Below, piece after piece: positions 38,268 to 51,085 of a stretch of 64,000 nt of DNA. The notes under the pieces are model-generated. The model was given only the letters and a program-made list of their open reading frames with translations. It was not told where the DNA came from and did not search any database. The stretch lies in NCBI RefSeq assembly GCF_000143415.4, contig NW_003314271.1, positions 620,001 through 684,000 on the forward strand. The letters run 5' to 3'. The translations under genes were made by a program, and so were the position numbers. The first letter of the stretch is position 1. Every line of letters starts with the position of its first letter. Source of the stretch: Selaginella moellendorffii. Its lineage: Eukaryota > Plantae > Lycopodiophyta.

Positions 38268-41200
38268 TGTAAGCGATTAATTTTTCCATTCTACTTTAGT
38301 CACTTAACCACACTTCTGACCACTTGGAGGAGTCTCATTCACAACCTCCATAAGTCCAATTCAGGACTTGGGACTTGCTAGCCCCAAGAGTGGCATCCAT
38401 GCCACTCCACCCTTGCATCTGGTCCAAGTGCTCCACGTGTCCGATCCCATGATCGACACTCAAAGGTACCACCGACATAGCAGCCTGTTATGCTAAGGCC
38501 ATGCCCAATCACCTTTGCCACACCTGTAGTCCAATACCACTTGCAACACAGTCTTGTCTCTCCAAGACTGAGCCAACCATCCGTGAGTGGTCATCCCAGA
38601 TCCACTCCTTAGCATCCTTAGGATGCCCACCGACAAGGGGAACAGCCTTCCCCAATATCCCTCTGTCTGTCCCCATTAAGTCCCTTTCTGCCCTTGGCCG
38701 TGTTTGCCAACATTGCCACTGGATCGAGGCCCACAAGCCTAACCACTAATTCCCATGGTCCTCTGGGACTTCCTCACCACATGACCGTATCCTTGGCCAC
38801 CACACCAAAGGACTACTCCTTTTCCTTTCCACAGTCTGGGACTTTGGGACAACACTTCAGAACACTGTGGCCTTACGCGAGCCACTTGGGTACTCTCCCC
38901 GCCTTCCGCCTTTGGGTGCTCTAGCCATGGGCTTAGAGCGAGGTTCCGTTGAGCCATGCCTGGTATCCAAGTAGGTAGTGCCACCCACACTTGGACTGGG
39001 AGCATCGGCTAGTCGATCTCTTGGGGGAACTAGAGCCGGCTCTTGAACACTTCACCAAGCTACCCCGCTTGTCGGTCCGTATTCACTTTAGTCTTGGACT
39101 TCCCAGTGGTCAGTTCATCACCCAACACTGGGTCTGGCCTTCCTGGGCCAAATTGGCCTTTCCTGGCCAAATTGGCTCCATTGCAGTCCTCCCCCTCACT
39201 ATACTTTTGGAGCTCACCAAACCCCCTAGGGTCTGGGAGACAAACGCTTTGGGCTTTCACCCTCTCAGACTCGAAGTCGGACTTGAACTCGGACTTGGAC
39301 TCGAACTCGGACTTGGACTCGAACTCGGACTCGAACTCAGACTCAGACTCAGACTTGGACTCGGACTCGGGCTCGGGCTCGGGCTCGGTCTCGGCCTCCC
39401 CCTCGGTCTCGGTCTCGATCCTGGTTTTGGTCTCGGTCTCGACCTCGGACTCCATCTCGGGTCCTTCTCGGACTCCATCTCGGGTCCATCTCAGACTCCA
39501 TCTTGGACTCCATCTCGGTCCATCTCGGACTCCATCTCGGGCTCCGTCTCGGTCCATCTCGGACTCCATCTCGGACTCCGTCTCGGTCCATCTCGGACTC
39601 CACTTCGAACTCCATCTCGGACTCCATCTCGGACTCCACTTCGAACTCCATCTCGGACTCCATCTCGGTCCATCTTGGACTCCATCTCGGGCTCCATCTT
39701 GGTCCATCTCGGACTCCATCTCAGACTCCGTCTCAGTCCATCTCAGACTCCATCTCGGACTCCGTCTTGGTCCATCTCGGACTCCGTCTCGGTCCATCTC
39801 GGACTCCATCTCGGACTCCGTCTCAGTCCATCTTGGACTCCATCTCGGACTCTGTCTCGGTCCTTTTGGGTCCTTTTTTGGAGCCTCGCTTATTGCTCGC
39901 TTTGTGCTTGTTCCTCGAGCACTTTGTTGAGAGTTCCACTCCCGCTCTCGACCTCTCAAGTCGGAGCTTTTAGTCCAAACGTGTTATGCTCGTTTGGCTT
40001 TCGCTTCAGCCACTACCACGTGGCACCCTTTCCGGCTCCACTTTGGGGCCTAAGGATTTTGTGTCTCACAACTCCACCACCCATAGACGAAGTTCGATGT
40101 CCTCATCAAACGGTAAACCATTCTATAACGTAACACCCACATGTGTTACTATTTCCACCCTTGGCACCTAGCCAATATTTGTCAATGGTTTGACATTGAA
40201 GGCTTACCATGCCTTCTCCATATTCGTCAATGGTTTGACACCAAAAGCTCACCATGCCTTGCCCATCCTCTAAGGAGCATAGTCTTTCCAACATGGAGAC
40301 TTATTCGACCACCTGGGGTCGTTTGCTCCCTTTTATTGGTTCAATTCTTGCTAAACCTATTAGAGACATCTTCTTTAACTCAATTCCCACTATTCATACT
40401 CGAGTAGTCTCAGTTCCCATTGATATAACCTTTGCACTTTGGAACTTTTAATTTTGACTTCTTGGAGTCAATTTCCTAGGTGTCTCCAACACCTTGCTTT
40501 GCACCTTTTGTGCAATTCCGCTTCCCCATCCTAGGGAGTTCTCTACTCGAGGGCACCATCATCCTCTTTTCTATTTTGTGCCACCATTGGCCCTACGTTC
40601 CAATTATCATTATTTGTGCTAGAGCTGTCCATGACCCTACCCTTTGGCTTTGCCGCTCCTCACTTGGAGCTTCTACTTCACCATGGGAATCTATCCTTAA
40701 AAGTCCACTTCCCTTCCCACAATCCATTAGCACCCAACACATTAGTGTTCTCGGCCTAACTTTGCCATTTGGTTTCTTTCCCATGATTCCCATGGCTCTT
40801 TTCTTAGCCATTAGTCTTTTGCTCCTATCCTTGATTGTTGCACCTAATAACATCGGATCATTACCTCCACTCTCGAGGTATCCTCTTGATTCCATAGCAA
40901 AGACTTTACTTTGCCAAGTCCAAAGGGTGCTCACCCCTAGTACGTCTCTTTAGCATTTCCTGCTGTGGCCTCTATCCACGGCCCAACTTTTGAGACCCTC
41001 CCTTGGATATTTTATAGAGACTACTTTCCTCGGACTTACTATGCCATAGCTGTGACATAGCTCATTTCCCATAGGTGCTCTTCCCACTTGGTCACCTTGA
41101 CTAAGCCACACCATTATCAATAGTTCAAATCAACACTTTGAACTAAGGATCATATCCCTTAACCCAAACAAAGACTTTGTCCTTGTTTAGCCACAAGATC

Positions 41201-44200
41201 ACCTAGTGATCTCATCTTGACCCCTTAATAAGTCTATCAATAGGGACTAGGTCTTCTAGACCCTTCTAAGTTGTTGACTATGACCCCGGGGGCATCCCCC
41301 ACACTTGGCAGTGCGCCCAAGCCAGCCCTTCCGGCCAAGGATCCATAGCAATTGAGACTGGGTGTCCCCATCTCATTCACTAAGTCCTTAGTGCCCTTTG
41401 CACCAAAGTGTTCAAGTTAGATATGCCGAGCTTTCACTCTAAGAAATCTAACCATGTATCACGACTCTGGGGCATCCCCCGCTTTGCGGTGTGCCCAAGC
41501 CAATCTCCTCATTGAGAGTCCATGACCACTGAAATATGAGTGTCCTCATATTCCAAACCATCACCACGCCCTAGCGATTTGGGACTTGAACCCAAGCACT
41601 AGAGGGTCGGGACTCGAACCCAACCTCCGTATATGCATCTACGGACGGCATCACCCTAGATGCCTGGCGTGACTCATCACGCCGGTGCACCAACTTATAT
41701 TTAAAGCGCGCTACAGATCACAGCTTAGGAACCTAGTTCCTCCACACTGCCAAGTCCTTTCACTTGACAAGTCTGTGATTATGCATGGACTCCTCCATGC
41801 TTGGCCCCATGGCCCACCCTTTTTGAAGTTATCACCTTCAACTAGGGTATTTGTTCCCCCGACTTGCCAATCTCACTTAGCAAGTCCTCCGGCCACTGTA
41901 ACATGGTTCTTGCATAAGCATGGAAGTCCTTGACCATCAACTTTCATTCAAAGCCCTCTCTTTGAACACTCGGGAATTATTTCCCTAACCTTGATAGCCT
42001 TGCCTCATGGCAAGCTTCAAGACCACGCTTCTGCTGCGCCACTTTGATTTCGTGCGTTCCATGAACCATTTACACTTGGCCTTTCCAAGTACTAAGCTAC
42101 CTAGAATCGTCTTTAGGAACTTTTGAAGGAACTCTGTCCCTTAGCTTGCTAAGGCCTCCCTTTACATAAGCTTTCTAGTTGCCATATAGTCTAACATGGA
42201 CAACTCCATATTTTAGACTCTCTATGGCATCACGGTTGCTAGCAACAACACCCTCGAGCCCCCATTTGATTCTCCACTCCCAGTTGGCATAACTAGCCTT
42301 GGTCATGCCCTTTTATTCCTATGGTTCTGTTCTATCCCCTTACTATTTGCTTTTTGGCTTCACACCTTTCCTTTGGTTATTCGCCTCTAAACTAGGAGGA
42401 TAGCTTTGCACTTTCTACCATGCCTTAGCAAGTATTCTTGGGGATGAACCTACCCGACAGCCTAGGGAATGGTTCTTCAATCCAGGTATGCTCACCTTAT
42501 AATCCCACATATTGGGATTAACGTTATTGCTTATGGGCCCTTACATGCCCATCACTAGCCTTGCCAAAATTCCATTTTTGGCTTTGTCCAATTCGGGTAG
42601 ACAGTCTTCACCCGTCTTCGCAACCTTGGACATTTGGATAGCACTTTCCATCCATCATTCACGAGGGACTTAGTCCCTTGGGCCTTATCTATTGCCCTTG
42701 CGACACTAAACACCACCTCCTAGTGTTCTAGAGCGTTTGGGTGTTTCAATGATGGTCTCCTTGACAATATGCATTTCCTTTTACGACATTGACTCACTAT
42801 ATCGCAACATAAGCAATTTATCCCCTGTAAGGGTATATCTAACTTTCTTATGCCATTTAGAAGTTTTGGGTAGCTACCTTCTACCCATTTAATCAATTAT
42901 CTTTACACCTCTTGCTTAGTTGCCCCATAGTTGTCAAGTCCTACAACTCATTGCTTGGTGCTTCCACACCTCCATCATTATCTGGGTCACCACACTCCAA
43001 CCACATGCCTTCCAACTTAGGCCATGCTATTCCCACTTCTGTTAAGATTCCCGTGGCACATTTGAGCACCAATAAAAGTCGGACTAAGGAACAGTTCCGA
43101 TACCAAGTTGTAAGCGACTAATTTTTCCATTCTACTTTAGTCACTTAACCACACCTCTGACCATTTGGAGGAGTCTCATTCACAACCTCCATAAGTCCAA
43201 TTCAGGACTTGGGACTTGCTAGCCCCAAGAGTGGCATCCATGCCACTCCACCCTTGCATCTGGTCCAAGTGCTCCACGTGTCCGATCCCATGATCGACAC
43301 TCAAAGGTACCACTGACATAGCAACTTGTTACGCTAAGGCCATGCCCAATCACCTTTGCCGCACCGGTAGTCCAATACCACTTGCAACACAGTCTTGTCT
43401 CTCCAAGACTGAGCCAACCATCTGTGAGTGGTCATCCCAGATCCACTCCTTAGCATCCTTAGGATGCCCACCGACAAGGGGAACAGCCTTCCCCAATATC
43501 CCTCTGTCTGTCCCCACTAAGTCCCTTTCTGCCCTTGGCCGTGTTTGCCAACACTGCCACTGGATTGAGGCCCACAAGTCTGACCACTAAGTCCCATGGT
43601 CCTCTGGGACTTCCTCACCACATGACCGTATCCTTGGCCACCACACCAAAGGACTGCTCCTTTTCCTTTCCACAGTCTGGGACAACACTTCGGAACACCG
43701 TGGCCTTACGCGAGCCACTTGGGTACTCTCCCCGCCTTCCGCCTTTGGGTGCTCTAGCCATGGGCTTAGAACAAGGTTTCGTTGAGCCACGCCTGGTATC
43801 CAAGTAGGTAGTGCCACCCACACTTGGACTGGGAGCACCGGCCAGTCGATCTCCCGGGGGAACTAGAGCCGGCTCTTGAACACTTCACCAAGCTACCCCG
43901 CTTGTCGGTCCGTATTCACTCTAGTCTTGGACTTCCCAGTGGTTAGTTCATCACCCAACACTGGGTCTGGCCTTCCTGGGCCAAACCTAGCCAAATTGGC
44001 TCCACTGTAGTCCTCCCAAACGCTTTGGGCTTTCACCCTCTCAGACTCGAACTCGAACTCGGACTCGGACTCGGACTCGGACTCGGACTCGGACTCGGAC
44101 TCGGACTCAGACTCGGACTCGGACTCGGGCTCGGGCTCGGTTTTGGCCTCCCCCTCGGTCTCAATCTCGGTCCTGGTCTTGGTCTCGGTCTCGGTCCCGG

Positions 44201-44568
44201 TCTCGGTCCTGGTCTCAGTCCCGGTCTCGGTCCCAGTCTCGGTCTCGACCTCAGACTCCATCTCGGGTCCTTCTCGGACTCCATCTCGGGTCCATCTCGG
44301 ACTCCATCTTGGACTCCGTCTCGGTCCATCTCGGACTCCATCTCGGACTCCGTCTCGGTCCTTTTGGGTCCCTTTTTGGAGCCTCGCTTATTGCTCACTT
44401 TGTGCTTGTTCCTCGAGCACTTTGTTGAGAGTTCCACTCCCGCTCTCGACCTCTCCAGTCAGAGCTTTTAGTCCAAACCTGTTATGCTCGTTTAGCTTTC
44501 GCTTCGGCCACTACCACGTGGCACCCTTTCCGGCTCCACTTTGGGGCCTAGGGATTTTGTGTCTCACA
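38268..44568 (-). mobile_element. Nested non-autonomous LTR retrotransposon inserted in the RNaseH region of the chromovirus
   Basis: LTRs 38268-40070 and 43109-44568 (TGTAAGCG...TCTCACA). 5-bp TSD ATCTC at 38263-38267 and 44569-44573. PBS-like TGGTATCGGAAC and PPT-like ATGGGTGGTGGAGT on the minus strand. The ~3 kb interior has no pol ORF. Confidence 0.93.
39262..39860. repeat. Hexamer-based tandem array (GACTCG / GTCTCG / CTCGGACTCCAT) inside the nested element's LTR; shorter array at 44040-44360
   Basis: Directly visible 6-mer and 12-mer periodic repeats that generate overlapping low-complexity ORFs on both strands. Confidence 0.95.
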
Positions 44569-47500
44569 ATCTCTTTCTTATATTTTGGCCATCTTCGTTG
44601 AGTTTCATCCAATTTCTTGGAATAGAATGCAATGGGACAACCATGTTGCCTTAGCATAACACCAACTGCTTTGTCACAATCTTGCTGTAACACGGCACCA
44701 ATAACATAGCCAAATGCATTACAATGCACTTTGAAGGGTTTATCAAGATTTGGGATCCTGAGAATAGGAATCGTAGTCAAGATCTCCTTCAATCATACAA
44801 AAGCACACTGACAAGCTGGTGTCTAATGAAATGGTATACTACTCTTCGTCAACTCAGTCAATGGAAGAGCAATTCTTGCAAAATTGCAGACAAACTTGTG
44901 ATAGTATCCTACCAATCCAAAAAAGGAACGAACATCTGATACAATGGTCAGAACTTCCCAGGAGTTCACCGCTTCCACCTTCTTTGGATCCACCTCAATT
45001 ACACCACCACCAACTATATGTCCGAGAAAGTTTACAAGCAATTGTCCAAAAGCGCATTTACTTTCCTTAGCATACAGTTTGTGTTCACGCAACTTCTGAA
45101 ACACCAACTCCAAGTGTTTCAAATGATCCTCCAACGTTTTATTAAAGATTAGAACATCGTCGATATATAAAACAACAAATGTGTCCAAATAATCTCCAAA
45201 TATTCTATCCATCATAGTGCTGAACGTTGCCTGAGTATTACATAACCTAAATGGCATGACAAGGAACTCATAAGATCCATACCGAGTCTTAAAGGTTGTG
45301 TTCTCCACATCTTAATCTACCACCCATATCTGATGGTACCCAAACCGCAAATTAAGTCGCGTAAAATACTTACCCTTTAAGAGCTGGTCAAACAAGTCAT
45401 CAATGCATGACAAAGGATAACTATTCTTGACCGTGATCTTGTTGAGTGCCTGATAGTCAATGCACATCCTTATGGTTCCATCCTTTTTCATAACAAAAAG
45501 AACTGGTGCTCCATGAGGTGACTTGCTTGGTCGGATATGACCATTGTCAAGAACCTCCGTGAGTTGCTTCTTGAGTTCAACCATCTCCTTGATGTTCAAA
45601 CGATACAAAGCTTTTGTAAGTGGTTTAGAACCCGGAATAACCTCAATCCGATTATCAACCTCACAACTAGGAGATAGCTTTGGCGGCAAATCCTTCGGGA
45701 AGATATCCTAATTCCTCGCCAACAACTCCAATATCTTCTATGGTATAAGATCAACCCTGTCACCAATTTGAACTAAGTCACTAACACCCTTAGGTTCCAT
45801 CACTTGAACCCAAAAAGTCCGACATCCCTTCTTAGCTGCTTTTTGAGTGGCTCTCGCAGTTAGGAACTTAGCATCCCAATCCTTTGAGGAGCACTTTTGC
45901 AACTGGATGGACACATCGGGATGTCCTTCTAACTTCAATATGACACAACTTTGTCCAACACCATAAATCCCTTTAATATATTTGTTGAAAAAATCCATAC
46001 CAAACACCATCTGAAAATTTGATATTTTCAACACTACCAAGTCCACTCTTTCTTTCCACTTGGATATTTTTATTGGAACATCACTCACAAATTTTCTGGC
46101 TACTTGCCCACCTTCTGCAAACCAAAAGTGTATGGGTGGCATTTGCTCAACATTCAATCCTAACAACATAACTAAGTCTTTGGATATCACATTGTGCGAA
46201 GCTCTTATATCAATCATCACTCAATGTCCGTAGATAAAGCCTACCAGATACATCAATGGATCAGTGTTTGCATTAACCAACTCGTCAACCCCTTCAGCTT
46301 CACCACCACCATTTTCCCTCATGACATTAACACAAGACCTTGTCTTATGCTTGTTGGGACATTCCGAGGACCTATGTTTTGGCTCTCCACAATGGAAGTA
46401 ATGACCCATACTACCCGTTTCGCTAGGAGTAGGTTTTGCAGGTTGCTATTGCTTGTACCCACCAGGAGGAGGAACAGAGGGCCTAGGACCAGAAGAAACT
46501 ATTAGTGGTCTCCAACCATTACCACCTTTGTTAACCATTGCTTCTAAGCCTCTAGAATAAAACCTTTCTTCCACCCTTTATTTTCGATCACCTTGTTTAT
46601 TCCCATATTTCTTATTCTTGTTTGAGGTACCAGTATATGGTTATTGATATTGTTCTATGAGTGAGTGACTAAAGGCAACTTATTATGCTACCTCCTTACA
46701 CTCTAGGTATGTTTTCAGTTTAAACTTCAAAATCTCATTTCAAGAAAGTGAACTTAAACCCTCTAGGAAATAATTCTGAGCATCTTCGTCACTCATATTT
46801 GCAATCATAATGCGCTTTTGAGCAAATGCATTCGCTGCAGCTCCGTGTGAAGTCTCAGACCAAGATCATCCGGCAAGTATTCTTTACGGATATGAGACCG
46901 CATCTTGGTCCAACTTCTAGTCTATCCTTTTTCAGCATACACCTAGCGCCACCAAGTTTTGGCATGATCGGTGAGAAAGGATTGCACGCACACAACTTTC
47001 GTATGATTATCTACGTCTGCCACTATGAAATAGTTTTCCATATCGTAGACCCAGTCTTCCAAAACTTAATAGTCCCGCATGTCTTTGAAGTTGGGTGGTT
47101 TCAGAGGCTTGAACTTTGAAACTCGTGCAACTAGAGGTGGTTATAAAACTTCATTGTCCTCAGAACTTAAAGAGGAGTCCAGTTGCTTAGGTTTAGTTGG
47201 TTTAGCTGCCTCAGCTTCTTTCTTCCTCTTCTTGTTCTCCTTCTTCAATTTGTGAACTTCCCTTCACAAATTCTCAATTTTGATCTCTTGAGCCGTATGC
47301 TACAGTGCCATAGCATTTGGCTTTTCCTCTTCTGACTCAGCCTCAACCTCTTCCACAGCATCTCTAGCCGGAGTTTCCTCCTCTCAATTCGCCCGCTTAG
47401 AGGTTTCAGTGTCATCAGCACGGTTCCTTTTCACCATCCCACTAGCTGCATGCATGCCTCTATCAGTAACTAACAACATTCTTACCGAATAGTGCAATCC

Positions 47501-49160
47501 AACTAATCCTACATATATCGTTTTGGATCTACTTGAAAAGTCTCTGTGTATGCAACTTGAATTAGAAAATCTGATAAAAGTTGGATAAAAATCATTGAGA
47601 CAATTCCTCTAATACCAAATGTAGCGCATCTGAATTTGGAGCTAAACTCCAAGCCTGTTGCACTATGAAACGAGGGTCCGATACAATCCCACGAGCACCA
47701 GCTCCCTGTATCCAGTACTTGCACACAAAATGGTGTCAGATGGAGTCTGGCACAATTTGGCATACTGGTGGCCTAACGTGAGGAGGAGGGTACCTCACTG
47801 ACTAGAGCAGAGTGGAACTTGGGTTTAGACCCAAGCCGGATGCAAGACAAGTAGCAACACAGCCAACACCATTGTTTTCAGGCCAATCTCTACATTCTAT
47901 AGACATGCCAAATGAGCAAATCTAAACACTTTCCATAAATAGCATTTGAGCTAATACAAAAGGTGTATTTGGCAGACACGGTAAGCTATCATTTAGCAAA
48001 TATTAAGGGACTAGTCTTAATATCGCAGGGGTCCCCAACACTAGTAAGTTCAAGCCAACAACATAAGTTTCTTGTCACCATGTCAAGTATACTTGACTTA
48101 ATGACAACTTAGGATTTCCTTCTGTAGTGCCCTTTCGGTTTAAATGCACATGGTAATCATCTCAAGAGGTATTTTCTCTATGTTAGTTCCTTCTATTTCA
48201 TTGTTTGTCTAGCCTTTAACGCTTGGGTTTTGCAATTTCGAGGCCTGATACTATGTCGGGAGGATAGTGTTTCGCTCCTGTGGGATGCCAAATTATAGGA
48301 ATGTCCATTATGATTCTCTTACGAGATAAGTTTCTTTCCTTTTAAGCACGGTTATTAATTTAGTGTCATGAGATAGAATTTCTTTGATCAAATCGCTATG
48401 CATTCTTGTTGCTTTCAGCCTGCCTCATATGGCTCTTGTTTATATGTATCTTTGTGTTTCCTTGACATCTTTGATACTTGTTTTAGCTGCCTTACCTACG
48501 TTGAAAGAAGGCCAAGCCACTTGGTCCAAGAGTAGGGGTTGGTTCACGCTGACAGTTGGCTGCCTTGTTCAGTCCTTTTGGCCGGACAACTTATCCTTTT
48601 TGACAGGCTATTACTTGTGTCTGGATGTCTTGGGAATTTTCCATCTTTCTGTGTTCTTGTGAATTTGTTTTCTATTCATCTTTGCCTCGGAGCTTGGCCT
48701 TGAAATCTGTCTCAAAACATTCTTTGTCAACCCTCTTTTGGTTGAGACGTCTTCCGGTTTCTCCTTTCCAGCATATTTCTTTTTTGCAAGGGATGCATTT
48801 TGCCCAGTGAGAGTCGCCAAACCAGTACAGCTATGATATGGGAGTATGGTATAGAACCATATATAAGGGAGAACTAGGGTAGAAAAGATGCTCTAGAAGG
48901 GCAATGAAGTACATCTTTCTAGTGATGTCTTTGATCTTTGTTATCCGGAATGCACACTAAAGGACAAAATACTGTGTCTTAGTTTGTAACATGAAGATGC
49001 ATTATTGTTCTCTTTTTTTCCTAATCAAACCAATCCAATTTTTTTTTAAAATTATGAATATGCAAGAAATTCTTGCCCTATGTGTAAATCTGAGGTACGG
49101 CACTGTTATAACTCTTTTTTCTTGAAAGTCTAGCGTTCCATGTCAATCTATTACTTCACC

Positions 49161-49456
49161 TATAATGCTTTATTTCGTTAAAGTGGGACTTTTCATTATC
49201 CCACTTATGGTGTGTGGCCACATGCCATTTTTATAACAACAATAAAAAATTGAAATTTTAACTTTATAATTTATAAATTAAAAACTTTTCATATGATTTT
49301 GTGTTATAATATTGTGAAATATAAAAAAATAAATTAAAAAACTGATAGAAATATTAATAAATATTAATTAAGTACTAGGAAATGGCATGTGGACACATGC
49401 TAATTAATGTCCCACTTTACTGAATAAGTCCCACTTTAACGAAATAAAGCATTATA
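49161..49456. mobile_element. MITE with perfect ~30-bp terminal inverted repeats and a probable TA target-site duplication (Tc1/mariner-Stowaway-like)
   Basis: tataatgctttatttcgttaaagtgggactt at 49161 and its exact reverse complement ending at 49456. AT-rich interior with sub-terminal inverted ccacatgccattt/aaatggcatgtgg. Sits at a TA of a phytol-kinase exon remnant. Confidence 0.85.
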
Positions 49457-49755
49457 TAGAAGGAATTACCTTATGCCAATCACGTCTTTGATCCAACCAT
49501 GCTTGGCTCTATCTAAATTGAAACGCCATAAAATCGAAATGGGAATTAAAACGTTTACAAGCTTTCTCAAGCTCCTGCTCTCGGAGCGTATGTCCAAAGT
49601 GATGGAAAGACAAGGTGCTTCTAGTCTGCCAGTTCTGATGTCATGAGACGTGTAAATTTGCAAATTTTATGTAAAAGCCAAGAATAGCTCTAGAGATCAA
49701 CAAGACCTTTGTTGTACTGAATGTCTTTATTATCTTCCTTCTGCTTAAACTGGTA

Positions 49756-50400
49756 CTAAGTGCAACATGTTATACTTCCATCATTGTTGGTTGCCAGAGT
49801 GGTCATTTGCACGGCCTCTCCACTGCTATAGTAGCACTTCAGCTTGTCTCTCTGCAAATAGCAGCTGGTTTTGCGATCTGAGGTACGCTTTTTAACATCC
49901 AAGATAGCATCGCCATTCCATGTAGTGTCCACTTTCTTGCACCAAGCCAACAGCTTCCCGGTGTCCGCTTCATAAATAGTAGGAGTGCAACTGTTGAGAA
50001 ATCCACCGCACTGAGTAGTTTTCCTGCAGCACACCATGTTTCCGTCGTTGTTCCCCGCATATTCCTCCATATTGACGCTGAAGAAGTCGTTACGACAAGA
50101 GAAGATTGGAGCTGATTGGTTTGATCCAGGCGGCTGGAGGCTGCAATTGGCCACTCCACCGCACTCGTCTGTGCTCAAACTTGACTCGTGCTTAGAGCCA
50201 TTGACCATTTGGCAACTTGCTTTCAGCACATTTTTCTTATAAGAGATGGGTGTACAGGTTTTCAAAAAGCCTCCACATGATGAATCACAACTCTACAAGA
50301 AGCCAAATCAAGTTCTTTGGTCGCAGAAGAACTGTGAGCTTACCACGAGTAGGAATGTGTTGATTACAAGCATCAACAAGGCACACACAAGCTTATGCAT
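49756..50400 (-). CDS. Secreted Cys-rich CVNH-like protein, copy 3
   Basis: Signal exon MHKLVCALLMLVINTFLLV and intron, same two-repeat layout. One conserved Cys is replaced by Arg (DVKKRTSD versus DVRTCTSD). Confidence 0.72.
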
Positions 50401-51085
50401 TGTGAAATTGCTCTAAGATGGTCTAGGTGGCGTTCTCACGTTAGTTTGAAGTGATATCTTTGATCTTTGTTAGATCCGGAATGCACTTTAAGGACGAAAT
50501 ACTAAAACTATTTATTAGTTCACACGTGTTTTGACAATGCATACCAATGTGCATTTTGTGACATTTTATGAAGAGCTAGTGGTGTAAATTAAACATGGAT
50601 ATGAACGAGAATAAGAACTTGGCCAGAAGACACAACAATGCTCATCTCTGGAATAGCTCTTGAAACACCAAAAGCTTGGTCTTTAGTGATACTTCCACGT
50701 TTCATTGTTGCTTCACGTGTCTGGGATTATATCTGGCTCATGAGACCATCAAAACAGCTTACTATAATCCGTTGGTCTCATGCTTCTTCTTCTTGGTGGG
50801 CACCACAAGACCCTGTAAACAGCGAATGAATGAATGAATGAATATCCCCAGGATCCACTATATCCTTCAAAGCTCGTCTCACATTCATCTCGCTACCATC
50901 AGCACTCTGGAACCCTTGCCAATCACGTCGTCTTTGGATGATCTATCTTCGTCTCGACGTAAAGAGCTTCGTGGCTCTTCTTATAACAAGATATAAAATT
51001 TCTTTGAAGTGTACAGCATAAAAAGCTCTTGTAATAACAGGTCGTCTACCTGTTTCATAAAAATACAAGCGTTTTTTCTGTCTCG

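Larger units (their letters stand above)
35185..48151 (-). mobile_element. Ty3/gypsy chromovirus LTR retrotransposon (degenerate; 5' LTR truncated; carries a nested insertion)
   Basis: LTR at 35185-36311 (TGTA...TACA) with an adjacent PPT (minus strand ttgaaaaggggcgtggtca). Second LTR copy at 47620-~48151, next to a Met-tRNA-like PBS (minus strand TGGTATTAGAG). Internal order on minus: gag zinc knuckle (YFHCGEPKHRSSECP), protease, RT (YIDDVLIF), RNaseH, integrase (TAYHPHADGQTER, YVGPY), chromodomain (EYEVEAIL...STWEP). Confidence 0.93.

Noticed and set aside
39470-39860. Possible CRISPR-like array
   Set aside because: The short tandem units are contiguous with no unique spacers, and the context is a eukaryotic LTR.
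38991-40133. Long ORFs (295-380 aa) on both strands as real repetitive proteins
   Set aside because: They arise from a stop-free hexamer array inside an LTR, differ in frame and length between the two LTR copies, and mostly lack ATG starts.
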